From positions 98,789 to 162,788 of the IMG/VR virus record IMGVR_UViG_2974506819_000001: a DNA stretch of 64,000 nucleotides, one strand, 5' to 3'. This document shows, piece after piece, positions 35,944 to 45,080 of the stretch. Every line of letters starts with the position of its first letter. The first letter of the stretch is position 1. The translations under genes and the position numbers were made by a program. Below the pieces are notes generated by a model that had not been told where the DNA came from, made no database searches, and was given only the letters and a program-made list of their open reading frames with translations. This DNA comes from a virus (taxonomy: Duplodnaviria; Heunggongvirae; Uroviricota; Caudoviricetes).

Positions 35944-36858
35944 ATGCTATGCTCTATACAACCTCACTCTGGTGTCACTATGGATAATACGTTTTCGGTC
36001 GAGTCTCGTGACATTGATTGTCAGCTTGACCACGCGTCACGCATCGCACAAGGAATGTGCGATACTGTCAATGGCAGTGAAGGGCTCACGGATGCCCAAC
36101 TGTACCTGCACGGTATTCTGTTTGCTCATGGCATTTTACCGAACCGGGTAGAGGGCAACGAAAGTTTAATCGTGGGCTCTCTGCTCAATGAGTTCAGTAA
36201 GTTCTTTGACATGATCTCCGATATCTCTAACGGGCTGGGCAAGTTCTTCTCAGGCGATGCGTTAACCAATGAGTTGCTGAAATCATCAAAAGCCATTGAA
36301 AGCGCCGTGACCGGTATCAAGAAGTTAGAAGGTCAACAGCAACTTAAGTCTTCGCATCAAAGTGATTTGAATAAACTGTTTCGTCGTTTCATTAATGACA
36401 TGGAAGGCAACATCAAGAAACAGGCGAAGATTTGTGTGTCCATGGAAAAGGTCGATAAAAACGTCACGGGTAACTGGAAGTACCACGCGATGGTCATGAA
36501 GCAAAGTTCCTACCATGAAGAACTGTTGGATTGGGCAGAGAACCTGGGAACGGTATCGTCAGTGTCCGAAGCCAGTCGTATCCTTAGCAGACTCCAGTCG
36601 GTTATTAAAAACATGACGGGACAAATTCGGGATGCAAATAAAGCGGCACAAGACCTGGAACATAACCGTCGTCTCTTTCTGCAAGGGAAGCGGATTGAGA
36701 ACAACAAAGAGAACAAAAAGAACTTAGCACTGGCTCACACCATGACCGTTTACATGATTGACTTAATCAAGTTAACGAAGCAGGACATTGAGCTTAAGAT
36801 GAAATTCATCAGTGCTTGTACCTCGCACTTAAAACCAGGTTGCTTCCAGAAGGCATAA
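35944..36858 (+). CDS. Hypothetical alpha-helical protein (304 aa)
   Basis: ATG 5 nt after upstream stop; alternative in-frame ATG at 35980. Confidence 0.5.
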   Translation: MLCSIQPHSGVTMDNTFSVESRDIDCQLDHASRIAQGMCDTVNGSEGLTDAQLYLHGILFAHGILPNRVEGNESLIVGSLLNEFSKFFDMISDISNGLGKFFSGDALTNELLKSSKAIESAVTGIKKLEGQQQLKSSHQSDLNKLFRRFINDMEGNIKKQAKICVSMEKVDKNVTGNWKYHAMVMKQSSYHEELLDWAENLGTVSSVSEASRILSRLQSVIKNMTGQIRDANKAAQDLEHNRRLFLQGKRIENNKENKKNLALAHTMTVYMIDLIKLTKQDIELKMKFISACTSHLKPGCFQKA

Positions 36859-36920
36859 CGGATATATGTTATGCTTTATAACAAAGTAGCTTGACTTCTT
36901 ATTTTGCAAAAGGAACTCAC

Positions 36921-37517
36921 ATGTTTGGACTCAACTCCCTCTGGGTCTTCCTGGTGCTGGCTGCTGTGATGGTGGTAGGTTACTACCGTTTCAGCGCTAA
37001 GGCCAAGAAGCCTTTCGAGATCATTACCGGGATTACCGGTTTCTTCGATGACATTCACCGTAAAGTCGAAGAAGTAATCGCTTATATTAAAACCCTGTCC
37101 AAGTACCACCTCGACCTGCATGAGCGAATATCCGGCATTCTGGATTTGTTCAGCAGTGCGCAAACCGAAAGGGCTGCCGTTGAGCAACGCTTGAAACAAC
37201 ACCTTACTGATCTGGTCGACCAGCGCTTCGCCGAACTTAAGGAGGGGCTGGATAAACAGACGGAACGAATATTCCACGGTCTGGACATGCATCGCAAGGT
37301 TCTGGTTACTGAAGTGACAAGTGCGCTTACCCCGCCGGAACCCGTGGTGCAACAGCTGACTCCTGAGCCGTCGAAAGACACCGAAGCGACGCCGTTTAAA
37401 GCGGCAACTGAGCTGGCGGAAGCTCCGAAAGTTGATCTGACCCAAAGCGGTCAAGCCGGGTTTGTACCCGAACCGGAAGTAAAAGCGGTGAAAGGCCGTG
37501 GGCGTAGCAAAAAGTAA
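36921..37517 (+). CDS. N-terminally membrane-anchored coiled-coil protein (198 aa)
   Basis: ATG 36921 with SD aaaggaa (ORF-track 36891 is TTG); TM LWVFLVLAAVMVVGYY; basic C-term. Confidence 0.5.
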   Translation: MFGLNSLWVFLVLAAVMVVGYYRFSAKAKKPFEIITGITGFFDDIHRKVEEVIAYIKTLSKYHLDLHERISGILDLFSSAQTERAAVEQRLKQHLTDLVDQRFAELKEGLDKQTERIFHGLDMHRKVLVTEVTSALTPPEPVVQQLTPEPSKDTEATPFKAATELAEAPKVDLTQSGQAGFVPEPEVKAVKGRGRSKK

Positions 37518-37528
37518 GTGATCCCCTG

Positions 37529-37580
37529 TACTACTCCCCGCAATGCGGGGAGTAGTAGTTCCTGTAGTTATTTTTTATTC
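37529..37580 (+). terminator. Rho-independent terminator before phoH
   Basis: 13-bp stem tactactccccgc / gcggggagtagta, loop aat, then U-run; sequence-related to the 11609 terminator. Confidence 0.75.
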
Positions 37581-37644
37581 TTCGTACAAATGTTATGCAC
37601 AGCAACCCCGTCCATCATTTTGATGTTTAATAAGGAAGTATCGC

Positions 37645-38409
37645 ATGACTAAACGTATTAATGCGAAACGTATCGCTCGCCAGTCACGTCGTGAAGATAA
37701 ACGCGCTAAACTCCAACTGGTGTCCGACCAAACGCAACAAGAGCGTGTACACGAGCCTGCACCGGCGAAGCGTCTCAATGCTCCTCTGGCTGCTCGTAAT
37801 CCTAATCAGGAACTGTACATCAATGCGCTGCAATCCAAGCGTTTGATTTTCAGCACGGGCAGTGCCGGGGTAGGTAAAACGTATCTGGCCACTTCTCACG
37901 CTTGCCGTGAACTGCTGGCAAAAGATATCGACCGCATCATTGTAACCCGTCCGGTGTTACAAGCAGACGAAGACCTGGGCTTCCTTCCGGGTGACGTCAA
38001 TGAAAAGTTTGCACCGTATTTCCGTCCGGTATACGACGTGCTGCTGGAGCAGCTCGGTGGCTCATTCCTGGAGTACTGCTTGAAACCAGGCATCGAGAAA
38101 GTTGAAATTGCACCCTTTGCGTTTATGCGTGGCCGTACCTTCAAGAACGCCGTGGTGATTCTTGACGAAGCGCAAAACGTGACGGTAAACCAGATGAAGC
38201 TTTTCCTGACACGTATCGGGGAAAACTGCACGGTGATTGTGAACGGCGATATCACCCAGTGTGACCTGCCGCATCACAAACAAAGCGGGTTGCAGGATGC
38301 ACTTAACCGCTTCCAGGACAACGAGCTGGTTGGCGTTGTTCACTTTACTGACGACGATTGTGTTCGTTCAGACATTTGTGCGCTCGCATTAGACGCATAC
38401 AGCAAATAA
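37645..38409 (+). CDS. phoH: PhoH-family ATPase
   Basis: Walker A GSAGVGKTYLA; Walker B VVILDEAQN; PhoH pattern IVNGDITQCDLP. Confidence 0.85.
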   Translation: MTKRINAKRIARQSRREDKRAKLQLVSDQTQQERVHEPAPAKRLNAPLAARNPNQELYINALQSKRLIFSTGSAGVGKTYLATSHACRELLAKDIDRIIVTRPVLQADEDLGFLPGDVNEKFAPYFRPVYDVLLEQLGGSFLEYCLKPGIEKVEIAPFAFMRGRTFKNAVVILDEAQNVTVNQMKLFLTRIGENCTVIVNGDITQCDLPHHKQSGLQDALNRFQDNELVGVVHFTDDDCVRSDICALALDAYSK

Positions 38410-38465
38410 AAAAAGCAATACCATAACCGCACGGGGGAAACCCTGTGCGGTTAAATGGAACTCAG

Positions 38466-38488
38466 TCCTATATTACTAAGGTGAATAT
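38466..38488 (+). promoter_or_regulatory. Conserved promoter-like motif copy (TCCTATATTACTAAGGTGAATAT)
   Basis: 21 nt upstream of ATG 38509. Confidence 0.45.
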
Positions 38489-38508
38489 AACTGAAGAAAG
38501 GCTGTATC

Positions 38509-39027
38509 ATGAGCGACATCTTTAAGCAAGATAGCCAAGGTCGTTTAATCGGTTATCACGTTGAATGTATTTCTGAGTGCAAGGAAGATGCCCGACCCCA
38601 ACTGTCGACGTCAACCCTGCAGGATGATAAGCCGTTGTTCTTGTGTGCACGCAAGAATGATTGGTATCCGTTTCATTTAAAGGAAGCCGATAACTACCGT
38701 ATCCTGAAAGTAACGTTTTGGTCACCCGGTCAGTCGGTCACCTTTAATGAGGAGAAAGATTATAAGCAACTGTTTAACATGTTGCGTGATAAAGACAATC
38801 CCGACAAGTACCACTTCATGCTAACCCCGTTCGGTAAGACCTATATCGAAAAGGGGTATCACCTCATCAACCTTCACACCAAACATGAGCTGCAGGAATC
38901 CTTCCTTTGGACGCCGTCAACCTATGTGGATGAGATTGAAGAGATTGAAGTCAAACCCATGCCGTTGAAGATTGCTGGCATGCCGGATATCGTTAACGTT
39001 GTTTATCAAGAGGAACCCCCTGAATGA
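38509..39027 (+). CDS. Hypothetical protein (172 aa)
   Basis: ATG with SD gaaagg; promoter motif copy 38466-38488 upstream. Confidence 0.55.
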   Translation: MSDIFKQDSQGRLIGYHVECISECKEDARPQLSTSTLQDDKPLFLCARKNDWYPFHLKEADNYRILKVTFWSPGQSVTFNEEKDYKQLFNMLRDKDNPDKYHFMLTPFGKTYIEKGYHLINLHTKHELQESFLWTPSTYVDEIEEIEVKPMPLKIAGMPDIVNVVYQEEPPE

Positions 39028-39377
39028 GTAATAGTCTAACCCAAGTTTGGAAGTCCCTGAAAGCAGAACATGGCGTACCGGTGGCGTCTGAATTGTTGGT
39101 GGGGTATTACGAAGAGCAAGGCGTGAAGTTTGCAGAGAACTGGGACATGATGCAAAAGAGTCAAGTCATCGCTACGTTCTTTGAAAGCATCCGCACTGTG
39201 AAAGGTGGGGTGGTGTTTGATGTCAAGGTGGGTGGTGAGACATTAAAGGAAACCGTGGACGCAGTATTCCATGCGTTAGCGCAATCCCAACCGGTTACCG
39301 TACCCGAAGATTTCCTGGTGTACCCGTTCAGCAAACAAGAAAAGAAACAACTCCGCAAAGACCGTTACCGTCGCTAA
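39024..39377 (+). CDS. Hypothetical protein (117 aa)
   Basis: ATG overlapping upstream stop (ATGA). Confidence 0.5.
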   Translation: MSNSLTQVWKSLKAEHGVPVASELLVGYYEEQGVKFAENWDMMQKSQVIATFFESIRTVKGGVVFDVKVGGETLKETVDAVFHALAQSQPVTVPEDFLVYPFSKQEKKQLRKDRYRR

Positions 39378-39500
39378 CTCTCTACCCTGGGCTCACGCCT
39401 GGGGTAGGTAGTCTGCTTTATTTTTAAGTGTTTTTTCACGGTGCGTTTAATCTATTGTATTAACTGTTCTGATGAGGATAACTTATAATTATTTTCATCC

Positions 39501-39520
39501 CTACATCATTAAGGTGAGTA
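39501..39520 (+). promoter_or_regulatory. Conserved promoter-like motif copy (CTACATCATTAAGGTGAGTA)
   Basis: 45 nt upstream of ATG 39566. Confidence 0.4.
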
Positions 39521-39565
39521 GGACACCTGATCTGGGCAGTTTAATACGTAGGGATTCGACACAAG

Positions 39566-39943
39566 ATGAACCATGTTAAAGTAATAACGGCACTGCCCCA
39601 AACCAACGAAGCAATTCGTCAGTTGAAGGAGCTAGTGAATGAGTTAATCGCTTTGATTTTGAGAACTAAGGATAGAGAATTACAAGAACAGCTTGACCGT
39701 CGCATATTGCAACTTCGGTTGTATATTGCTGAGCTTGAATCTGACGTCGACGTAGGTAGGGATAGATTCGATACTGTGCGGTTTAACCAAGCAGTAAAGG
39801 AACAATTTGTACTCAAGCGTAAAGTGAAAAACGCTATCCACGAACAGCGGGAGCTAGAGCAGATGAGAATACCCGCCGGTATACTGTTCTTGATTTTCTT
39901 ACTCCTCGTACTGTCAGCTGCAGTCGCAGGATTTGTTATTTAA
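39566..39943 (+). CDS. C-tail-anchored membrane protein with coiled coil (125 aa)
   Basis: C-terminal TM IPAGILFLIFLLLVLSAAVAGFVI; promoter motif copy 39501-39520 upstream. Confidence 0.5.
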   Translation: MNHVKVITALPQTNEAIRQLKELVNELIALILRTKDRELQEQLDRRILQLRLYIAELESDVDVGRDRFDTVRFNQAVKEQFVLKRKVKNAIHEQRELEQMRIPAGILFLIFLLLVLSAAVAGFVI

Positions 39944-40006
39944 CTTACCGGACAAATCGTAAAACAATTTGCCCTTAACCCCAGTAACCCGTAAAAAGGA
40001 AGCGAC

Positions 40007-41038
40007 ATGTCTACACAAACTGTATTAAATAAGTTCGGCACCACCACCATTCATGACCGCATTGTTAAGCTCACCTCTATGCAACCCATGGTTATCATGG
40101 AGATGCGTTTCAGTGAAACGGTCTATGACGACGGGGGCGTCTTCCGTGGCAATAGCCTGATGTTTATTTGTCCTGAGCTGAAAACCTCGCTCTACATTCA
40201 ACCTAGCGGTTACGGTGCGCTAATTAAGGCACTGGGAAATGTGGTGTCGGAGGGTCATCAGAAGTTCAAGGATAACCAAATCCCTAACCGGTTTAGCAAT
40301 ACGGTGGGTGAGGTTACGGTCAGTGTCACCCAACGGGGTGTCAGTGTCTCTTATAAAGGCCAGGCAAACATGATGGTGTATCGCAGTCCACACGCCAAGG
40401 TTACCAGCGAATTTGGAGGACTCAGCAGTCAGAAATTGCTGTCCCGTCATATCCAATGTGCTGACGATATCTTGACCGCGTTGATACCTACCGTCGCTGC
40501 GGGTGATGCCTGGATTACTAAACGGGCGTTGCCAGAGAACAACGACCACGGTGAGATTGTTCAACCTCACATGTTGTACCGTCAAGTTCCAAGCAGTGAA
40601 GCAGGACGTGGGTTAACCACCATGTCTATCCTGGTTCACAAATGCCTGAACTTCACGGAGTCAGTTTACCGTGTTCAGCTTTCTACCTCGAACACCATCC
40701 TGAGTTTGTATGATGAGCCCAGTGACCATAACCCGCGTCCAAAGTGGGTATTGATTCAGCTGCGGAAAGCCCTCATCACGCTGAAACACCTGATGGAAGA
40801 TAATCCTGACGTTCCCCAGCGCGTTGACCTGTTTGACTGTACTGCGCAGTATGACATGTTCAAAGTGTACAACGGGTACGTGGCGTCGGTTCCCTCTAAA
40901 CGGGGAATGCGCATTGTCATTAACTACGACTACGTTCCGGCGTATTCTAAGTTAAGCTGGTTGGACAGTGAGATAGATATGGACGATGTCCTTGCAGCAT
41001 TTGACCACATCATTGAACACTATCCTGTCGATAATTGA
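40007..41038 (+). CDS. Hypothetical protein, paralogue A (343 aa)
   Basis: SD aaaaaggaag; shares RGMRIVINYDY...SKLSWL with next gene (HRRVVINFDQ...SKAHWV). Confidence 0.55.
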   Translation: MSTQTVLNKFGTTTIHDRIVKLTSMQPMVIMEMRFSETVYDDGGVFRGNSLMFICPELKTSLYIQPSGYGALIKALGNVVSEGHQKFKDNQIPNRFSNTVGEVTVSVTQRGVSVSYKGQANMMVYRSPHAKVTSEFGGLSSQKLLSRHIQCADDILTALIPTVAAGDAWITKRALPENNDHGEIVQPHMLYRQVPSSEAGRGLTTMSILVHKCLNFTESVYRVQLSTSNTILSLYDEPSDHNPRPKWVLIQLRKALITLKHLMEDNPDVPQRVDLFDCTAQYDMFKVYNGYVASVPSKRGMRIVINYDYVPAYSKLSWLDSEIDMDDVLAAFDHIIEHYPVDN

Positions 41039-41108
41039 GACTCAGTCTCTTGTGGCAGCAAGGGTAACAGCTTGCTGCTTTTTTCAATCCCAATAGAAGG
41101 ATTTTAAT

Positions 41109-42023
41109 ATGTTTACTAAAGTTGATATGCATCGTGTCGAACGTGTCGTCTGTGATAACCCACTGGTGACCTGTTCATTCGTTATGTCTGTAGCGGACGA
41201 TAATGGAAAATTGAACAACGTTTCTCGTTTTGAATTCCACAACTACAACACCGGTCAGGTTCTACGAATCATTGGCGGTAAAAAGAAAGACCTGGTGAAA
41301 GATTTGAAAACCATGTTGGAAAACAGAAACACTAATCAACAGGTTGGCGATACCAACAAACGGTTGTTGATTAATGCGTTGGGTGAACGCAAGACGGAAA
41401 TCAGTTACTCGTTCCGGGGGTATCGTCATGTGTTGACTCATGGCACCACGGAATACGTCACCACTGAGCATCTGAAACGGTTGATCGCGATTCTGGACTG
41501 GTACATGGAGATGCGTCTTCCATGGATTCACGACGGGTTCTTTGACAACCGGGTTAAGGTTTCTCCGGACCAAACAGCCGAAGACCTTACCGTACGTATT
41601 ATCCGTAAGAAAGATTCCAAGAACCCACCGATGGCCATTGCATTAGAGAATGACATCAACAACGGTCAACGCACGGTTCGGTTCTTAAACGGAATGTCGT
41701 CACTGGTGCTGGTTGATTATACTGCTGGGCTGAAAGACACCACCATTAAGAAAGTGCTGGAAAAAATAAGTAATACTTTACTGCACGTTCTAAACTATGA
41801 CCAGAAATGCCACAACATCGATTTGTTTCATCATTCCGATGACATCTCTCCGGAGATTTTAACCTACAAAGGTTATGTGGCACTTTCTCAGGATGCCAAG
41901 CATCGCCGTGTGGTGATTAATTTCGACCAGAATATAATGTGTTCAAAAGCACACTGGGTTCACGAACGTTTCTTTACCAAAGCAGTACAAGAAGCTCTAT
42001 CTGATATTATCGCGGTTTATTAA
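41109..42023 (+). CDS. Hypothetical protein, paralogue B (304 aa)
   Basis: SD gaagga; paralogous to 40007-41038; hairpin 42031-42057 follows. Confidence 0.55.
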   Translation: MFTKVDMHRVERVVCDNPLVTCSFVMSVADDNGKLNNVSRFEFHNYNTGQVLRIIGGKKKDLVKDLKTMLENRNTNQQVGDTNKRLLINALGERKTEISYSFRGYRHVLTHGTTEYVTTEHLKRLIAILDWYMEMRLPWIHDGFFDNRVKVSPDQTAEDLTVRIIRKKDSKNPPMAIALENDINNGQRTVRFLNGMSSLVLVDYTAGLKDTTIKKVLEKISNTLLHVLNYDQKCHNIDLFHHSDDISPEILTYKGYVALSQDAKHRRVVINFDQNIMCSKAHWVHERFFTKAVQEALSDIIAVY

Positions 42024-42118
42024 GCAGGACCTGGAGCCTCCGCAAGGGGGCTCCAGTAGTAGTACGTAGTACCTATAACTAAAATCAAAAATATTTTCAT
42101 TTACAAAGGAGAATTATA

Positions 42119-42529
42119 ATGAAAAAGAAAGACACAATTACTACCATAGAAGCAGAAGTATTACACAGCATGGCAAACAAATTAATTGCACGTTGTCACG
42201 TACAGAATCAAAAACAGTATTCCGCAGAATTAAACGGTATCTGTATCGACCTGAGTGCACGTTCCAGTAACTACCTGGCGATTTCACAGGGTCGCATGTC
42301 TTCCCCGATTTATAACAACGACGCGTTAGAAGTCGAGTTAGAGGTTTTGAACAGTTACGAAGTTATCATCAAAGGGTTTGAAGTTCCTAGACCCCGTGTA
42401 TTATCCGGCATTTATGACGTGGAAGATACCGGTGATGAAGATGCACCGTGGAACAGTAAGTCAGAATGGATTGTGTTTGGTGGTCTGCTGGTACTGACCG
42501 CAATATCCTTCTGCTGGGTCTACTTCTAA
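42119..42529 (+). CDS. C-tail-anchored membrane protein (136 aa)
   Basis: SD aaaggag; C-terminal TM WIVFGGLLVLTAISFCWVYF; terminator 42545-42578 follows. Confidence 0.5.
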   Translation: MKKKDTITTIEAEVLHSMANKLIARCHVQNQKQYSAELNGICIDLSARSSNYLAISQGRMSSPIYNNDALEVELEVLNSYEVIIKGFEVPRPRVLSGIYDVEDTGDEDAPWNSKSEWIVFGGLLVLTAISFCWVYF

Positions 42530-42544
42530 AAACAATAGGTGACC

Positions 42545-42578
42545 TCGTGTCACCTATTTTATTTTTTATGTGAGGGCG
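42545..42578 (+). terminator. Rho-independent terminator
   Basis: 9-bp stem ataggtgac / gtcacctat then attttattttttat. Confidence 0.75.
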
Positions 42579-42584
42579 TAATTT

Positions 42585-42971
42585 ATGACGCAACAAGAAG
42601 TCTTACAGGCGATTTACGTCAGAGCAGAACTGATTCATAAACTGATGGTGTTTGCTAACCTGGCCGTACAACGCTTTCCAAAACCCATGATAATTCGGTT
42701 ATCGCCGTTCATGGAAAACTGTACCGAATGGGTGGAGTATTTTACTCGGCTCATTCATTCTGTTCAACACGACTGGGATGACTCAGTAGATATGTCTGCT
42801 GAGTTTCATTCCCTGTTCGGTAAAGCCGACCTGTTCCTGCAACGGTCAGCGGAAGAATTGTTGGCGGTGGTAGAGGTTGCTTATAAATGGCGACGCAAGA
42901 TACTTACGCGATTCTACCTGACCATCGTATTGTTTATCGTGGCGATTGCTTTCGCCGTTATCACCACTTAA
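42585..42971 (+). CDS. C-tail-anchored membrane protein (128 aa)
   Basis: C-terminal TM FYLTIVLFIVAIAFAVITT. Confidence 0.5.
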   Translation: MTQQEVLQAIYVRAELIHKLMVFANLAVQRFPKPMIIRLSPFMENCTEWVEYFTRLIHSVQHDWDDSVDMSAEFHSLFGKADLFLQRSAEELLAVVEVAYKWRRKILTRFYLTIVLFIVAIAFAVITT

Positions 42972-42983
42972 TAAGGATAACCC

Positions 42984-43496
42984 ATGCCACATTTCTTAGG
43001 GGCGGATTTTCATCTGTGTGACCCCAGTTCCCTCAAATACCGAAAACAGTTTCCCTCTCTGGGGTATCACGACGAATACGTCTGCGATGTGGTCTTGGCC
43101 AAACTTCGCCCTAATGACCTGCTCACCATGGTAGGAGACTGCCTGGTGGGAAAGGGAGCCATTGAGCTGATTAAAAAGTTTCCCTGCCGTAAGCGCCTGA
43201 TTGCAGGCAACCATGAATTTGAGAAAGGCATTAACTTCGCCGATTTAGTAGGAGTCGTGGATGAGATTCACTCATCGTACAAATGGCGAGGCCGTTTCAA
43301 TATTGTCCATATTCCGCCGCATCCTGCCCATCTTCGTGGTAAGACTATTATTCATGGGCATCTTCACGAAGTCATTATACCTGATCCTCGTTTCATTAAC
43401 GTCTCGTTAGAAGCGACAGGGTATCGTCTGGTACAGGCCGAAGAGATTATTACCGGCGAGTATCGTTCTTATCGTATTCCGGAGGTTTGCACGTGA
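42984..43496 (+). CDS. Small calcineurin-like metallophosphoesterase (170 aa)
   Basis: MPP motifs DFH (I), GDCLVGKG (II), GNHEF (III), GHLHE (VI); SD aaggataa. Confidence 0.6.
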   Translation: MPHFLGADFHLCDPSSLKYRKQFPSLGYHDEYVCDVVLAKLRPNDLLTMVGDCLVGKGAIELIKKFPCRKRLIAGNHEFEKGINFADLVGVVDEIHSSYKWRGRFNIVHIPPHPAHLRGKTIIHGHLHEVIIPDPRFINVSLEATGYRLVQAEEIITGEYRSYRIPEVCT

Positions 43497-43876
43497 TCTT
43501 TGTTAATGGATATGCTAAAACCCACATCAACATCGCTAAGCCTGATGAACTGGTAGAGCGCATCGAAGTGATGCCCGTCACGGGATTACAAGTTAAAGCC
43601 GATATCCGCAAGCAAGTGGATGATTTGGTGCGTGACCAAAAGCTGTGGGTGCTAACGAGCGACCCCGCCAGCTTGAATCCCATTGACCCGAGCAGTCGTT
43701 GGTGTCGTGGCTACGTGACACACATCGATTGGATTGATGACACCGAGGTCAAGGTCACCATGCAGGTCATGAAGCACACCCGTGGTGCCGAGTTTAACCG
43801 GTGGCAGCTTACTGCTAAACAAACCCGGAGTCGGGAAGACGGGCTTTATATTGAGCCCTACGTTCTACTGTTCTAA
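43493..43876 (+). CDS. Hypothetical protein (127 aa) translationally coupled to the phosphoesterase
   Basis: GTG 43493 with SD ggagg 7 nt upstream, overlapping upstream stop (GTGA); ORF-track start 43487 is TTG. Confidence 0.4.
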   Translation: MIFVNGYAKTHINIAKPDELVERIEVMPVTGLQVKADIRKQVDDLVRDQKLWVLTSDPASLNPIDPSSRWCRGYVTHIDWIDDTEVKVTMQVMKHTRGAEFNRWQLTAKQTRSREDGLYIEPYVLLF

Positions 43877-43900
43877 AAATTAATCTGGAGTTGTTCTCAG

Positions 43901-43923
43901 GTCTATATAGTTAAGGTGAATAA
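43901..43923 (+). promoter_or_regulatory. Conserved promoter-like motif copy (GTCTATATAGTTAAGGTGAATAA)
   Basis: 47 nt upstream of ATG 43970; 22/23 identical to the 26348 copy. Confidence 0.5.
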
Positions 43924-43969
43924 ACAACATAGTTTATCACTTTAATTCACCTGCCTGAGGATAACCCAA

Positions 43970-44263
43970 ATGAAACGTCGCATCTATAGCAACCCTGAAA
44001 AACTGTTTTCTGCTCTTACAAAACGTCACGCTGTGAAAGGTGACTGGTTAGGTCGTATGGCTGTCAAATTCGAAGAACTGGGCGTCGCCTTCCCTACTAC
44101 GTGGTCTAAAGAAAAACGTGATGACTTCATCATGACTTTCCTGAACACTGCAACAGTAGAAGATTGTGGCACCAAACTGTCTTTAATGACAGCGAAAGAA
44201 ATTGGCAACGACGAGGCTCTGACCATTTTGTACGATATCATAAAAGCAGTATCAATAACCTAG
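43970..44263 (+). CDS. Hypothetical protein (97 aa)
   Basis: Preceded by promoter motif 43901-43923; SD tgagga; strong terminator 44261-44305. Confidence 0.5.
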   Translation: MKRRIYSNPEKLFSALTKRHAVKGDWLGRMAVKFEELGVAFPTTWSKEKRDDFIMTFLNTATVEDCGTKLSLMTAKEIGNDEALTILYDIIKAVSIT

Positions 44264-44305
44264 CGGAGGAGCCTATGCTCGCTCCGCTAGAGTTTATTTT
44301 TTTTT
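44261..44305 (+). terminator. Rho-independent terminator (stop codon inside stem)
   Basis: Long hairpin tagcggag-gagc-ctat-gctc-g-ctccgcta followed by T10. Confidence 0.8.
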
Positions 44306-44364
44306 TGTCTCTTTTTTTTTTCGTGTAATTTTATGACCCGTCACTTTACATAAGGAATCGGTAA

Positions 44365-45048
44365 ATGAAAATCGGCATTGAGCAGACCCTTATCAATGCG
44401 CTTGTTAGGACACACACGCCTTTGGTTACTCCAGAGTTGGCTACGCGTTTATTCACTGATTTAGCCACATCTGAAATAATCGTAGTGCCGACTGCCGGGG
44501 ATGTGACTTCCATGAAGTTTACTGCAGACATCACCTGTGAACGTCGACGATTCCGAGCACCGGACCAAACGTGGCAAGGATCCCCACTACAGGACATCAT
44601 TAAGCCAGAGCTGCTCTATTCAGGAACACTGGATGAATTCTTGGCTGAAGGTGATAATGCATTGATATTGGTAGACGACGGTAAGCTGTATGTCCCGTAT
44701 TCTCCCGACGACACCTACATGACCGAAGCAGAAGCTCTTGAGTTATTAAGCTTCGCCACGGGATTTGATTTTGGTGACATCGGTGAGATTAAAGGCATTC
44801 ACGCCACCAACTTCTTTACCAAAGAAACGATTACCACTCCCCCTGCAAATCTAACGAACAGATTAGAGGCTGTTTGGACCATCACAGGCGGGATTATCAG
44901 TGGTACCGTGTTTTTCATTAATGATGGTTATTTCTCGTTTGCGGAAGACGTTGACCTTGGAACATTGCCTACTCAGTTAAACGGTGTTCTGGCGGAAAAC
45001 GGTAACAGCTTCGTAACGGAACAAGGAACTTCTATTGTTACGGAGTAG
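44365..45048 (+). CDS. Paralogue family member 1 (227 aa), function unknown
   Basis: SD aaggaa; shares LSFATGFDFGDIG and FFINDGYFSFAEDVDLGTLP with next gene. Confidence 0.55.
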   Translation: MKIGIEQTLINALVRTHTPLVTPELATRLFTDLATSEIIVVPTAGDVTSMKFTADITCERRRFRAPDQTWQGSPLQDIIKPELLYSGTLDEFLAEGDNALILVDDGKLYVPYSPDDTYMTEAEALELLSFATGFDFGDIGEIKGIHATNFFTKETITTPPANLTNRLEAVWTITGGIISGTVFFINDGYFSFAEDVDLGTLPTQLNGVLAENGNSFVTEQGTSIVTE

Positions 45049-45080
45049 CAAACCCATACGCTATTATAAGGAAAGTTGCA

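Noticed and set aside
42984-43496. The 170-aa metallophosphoesterase as the missing SbcD/Mre11 partner of the Rad50-like gene
   Set aside because: It is half the size of SbcD/Mre11, lacks the capping/dimerisation region, and is 28 kb away in an unrelated operon. It is treated as an independent small MPP.
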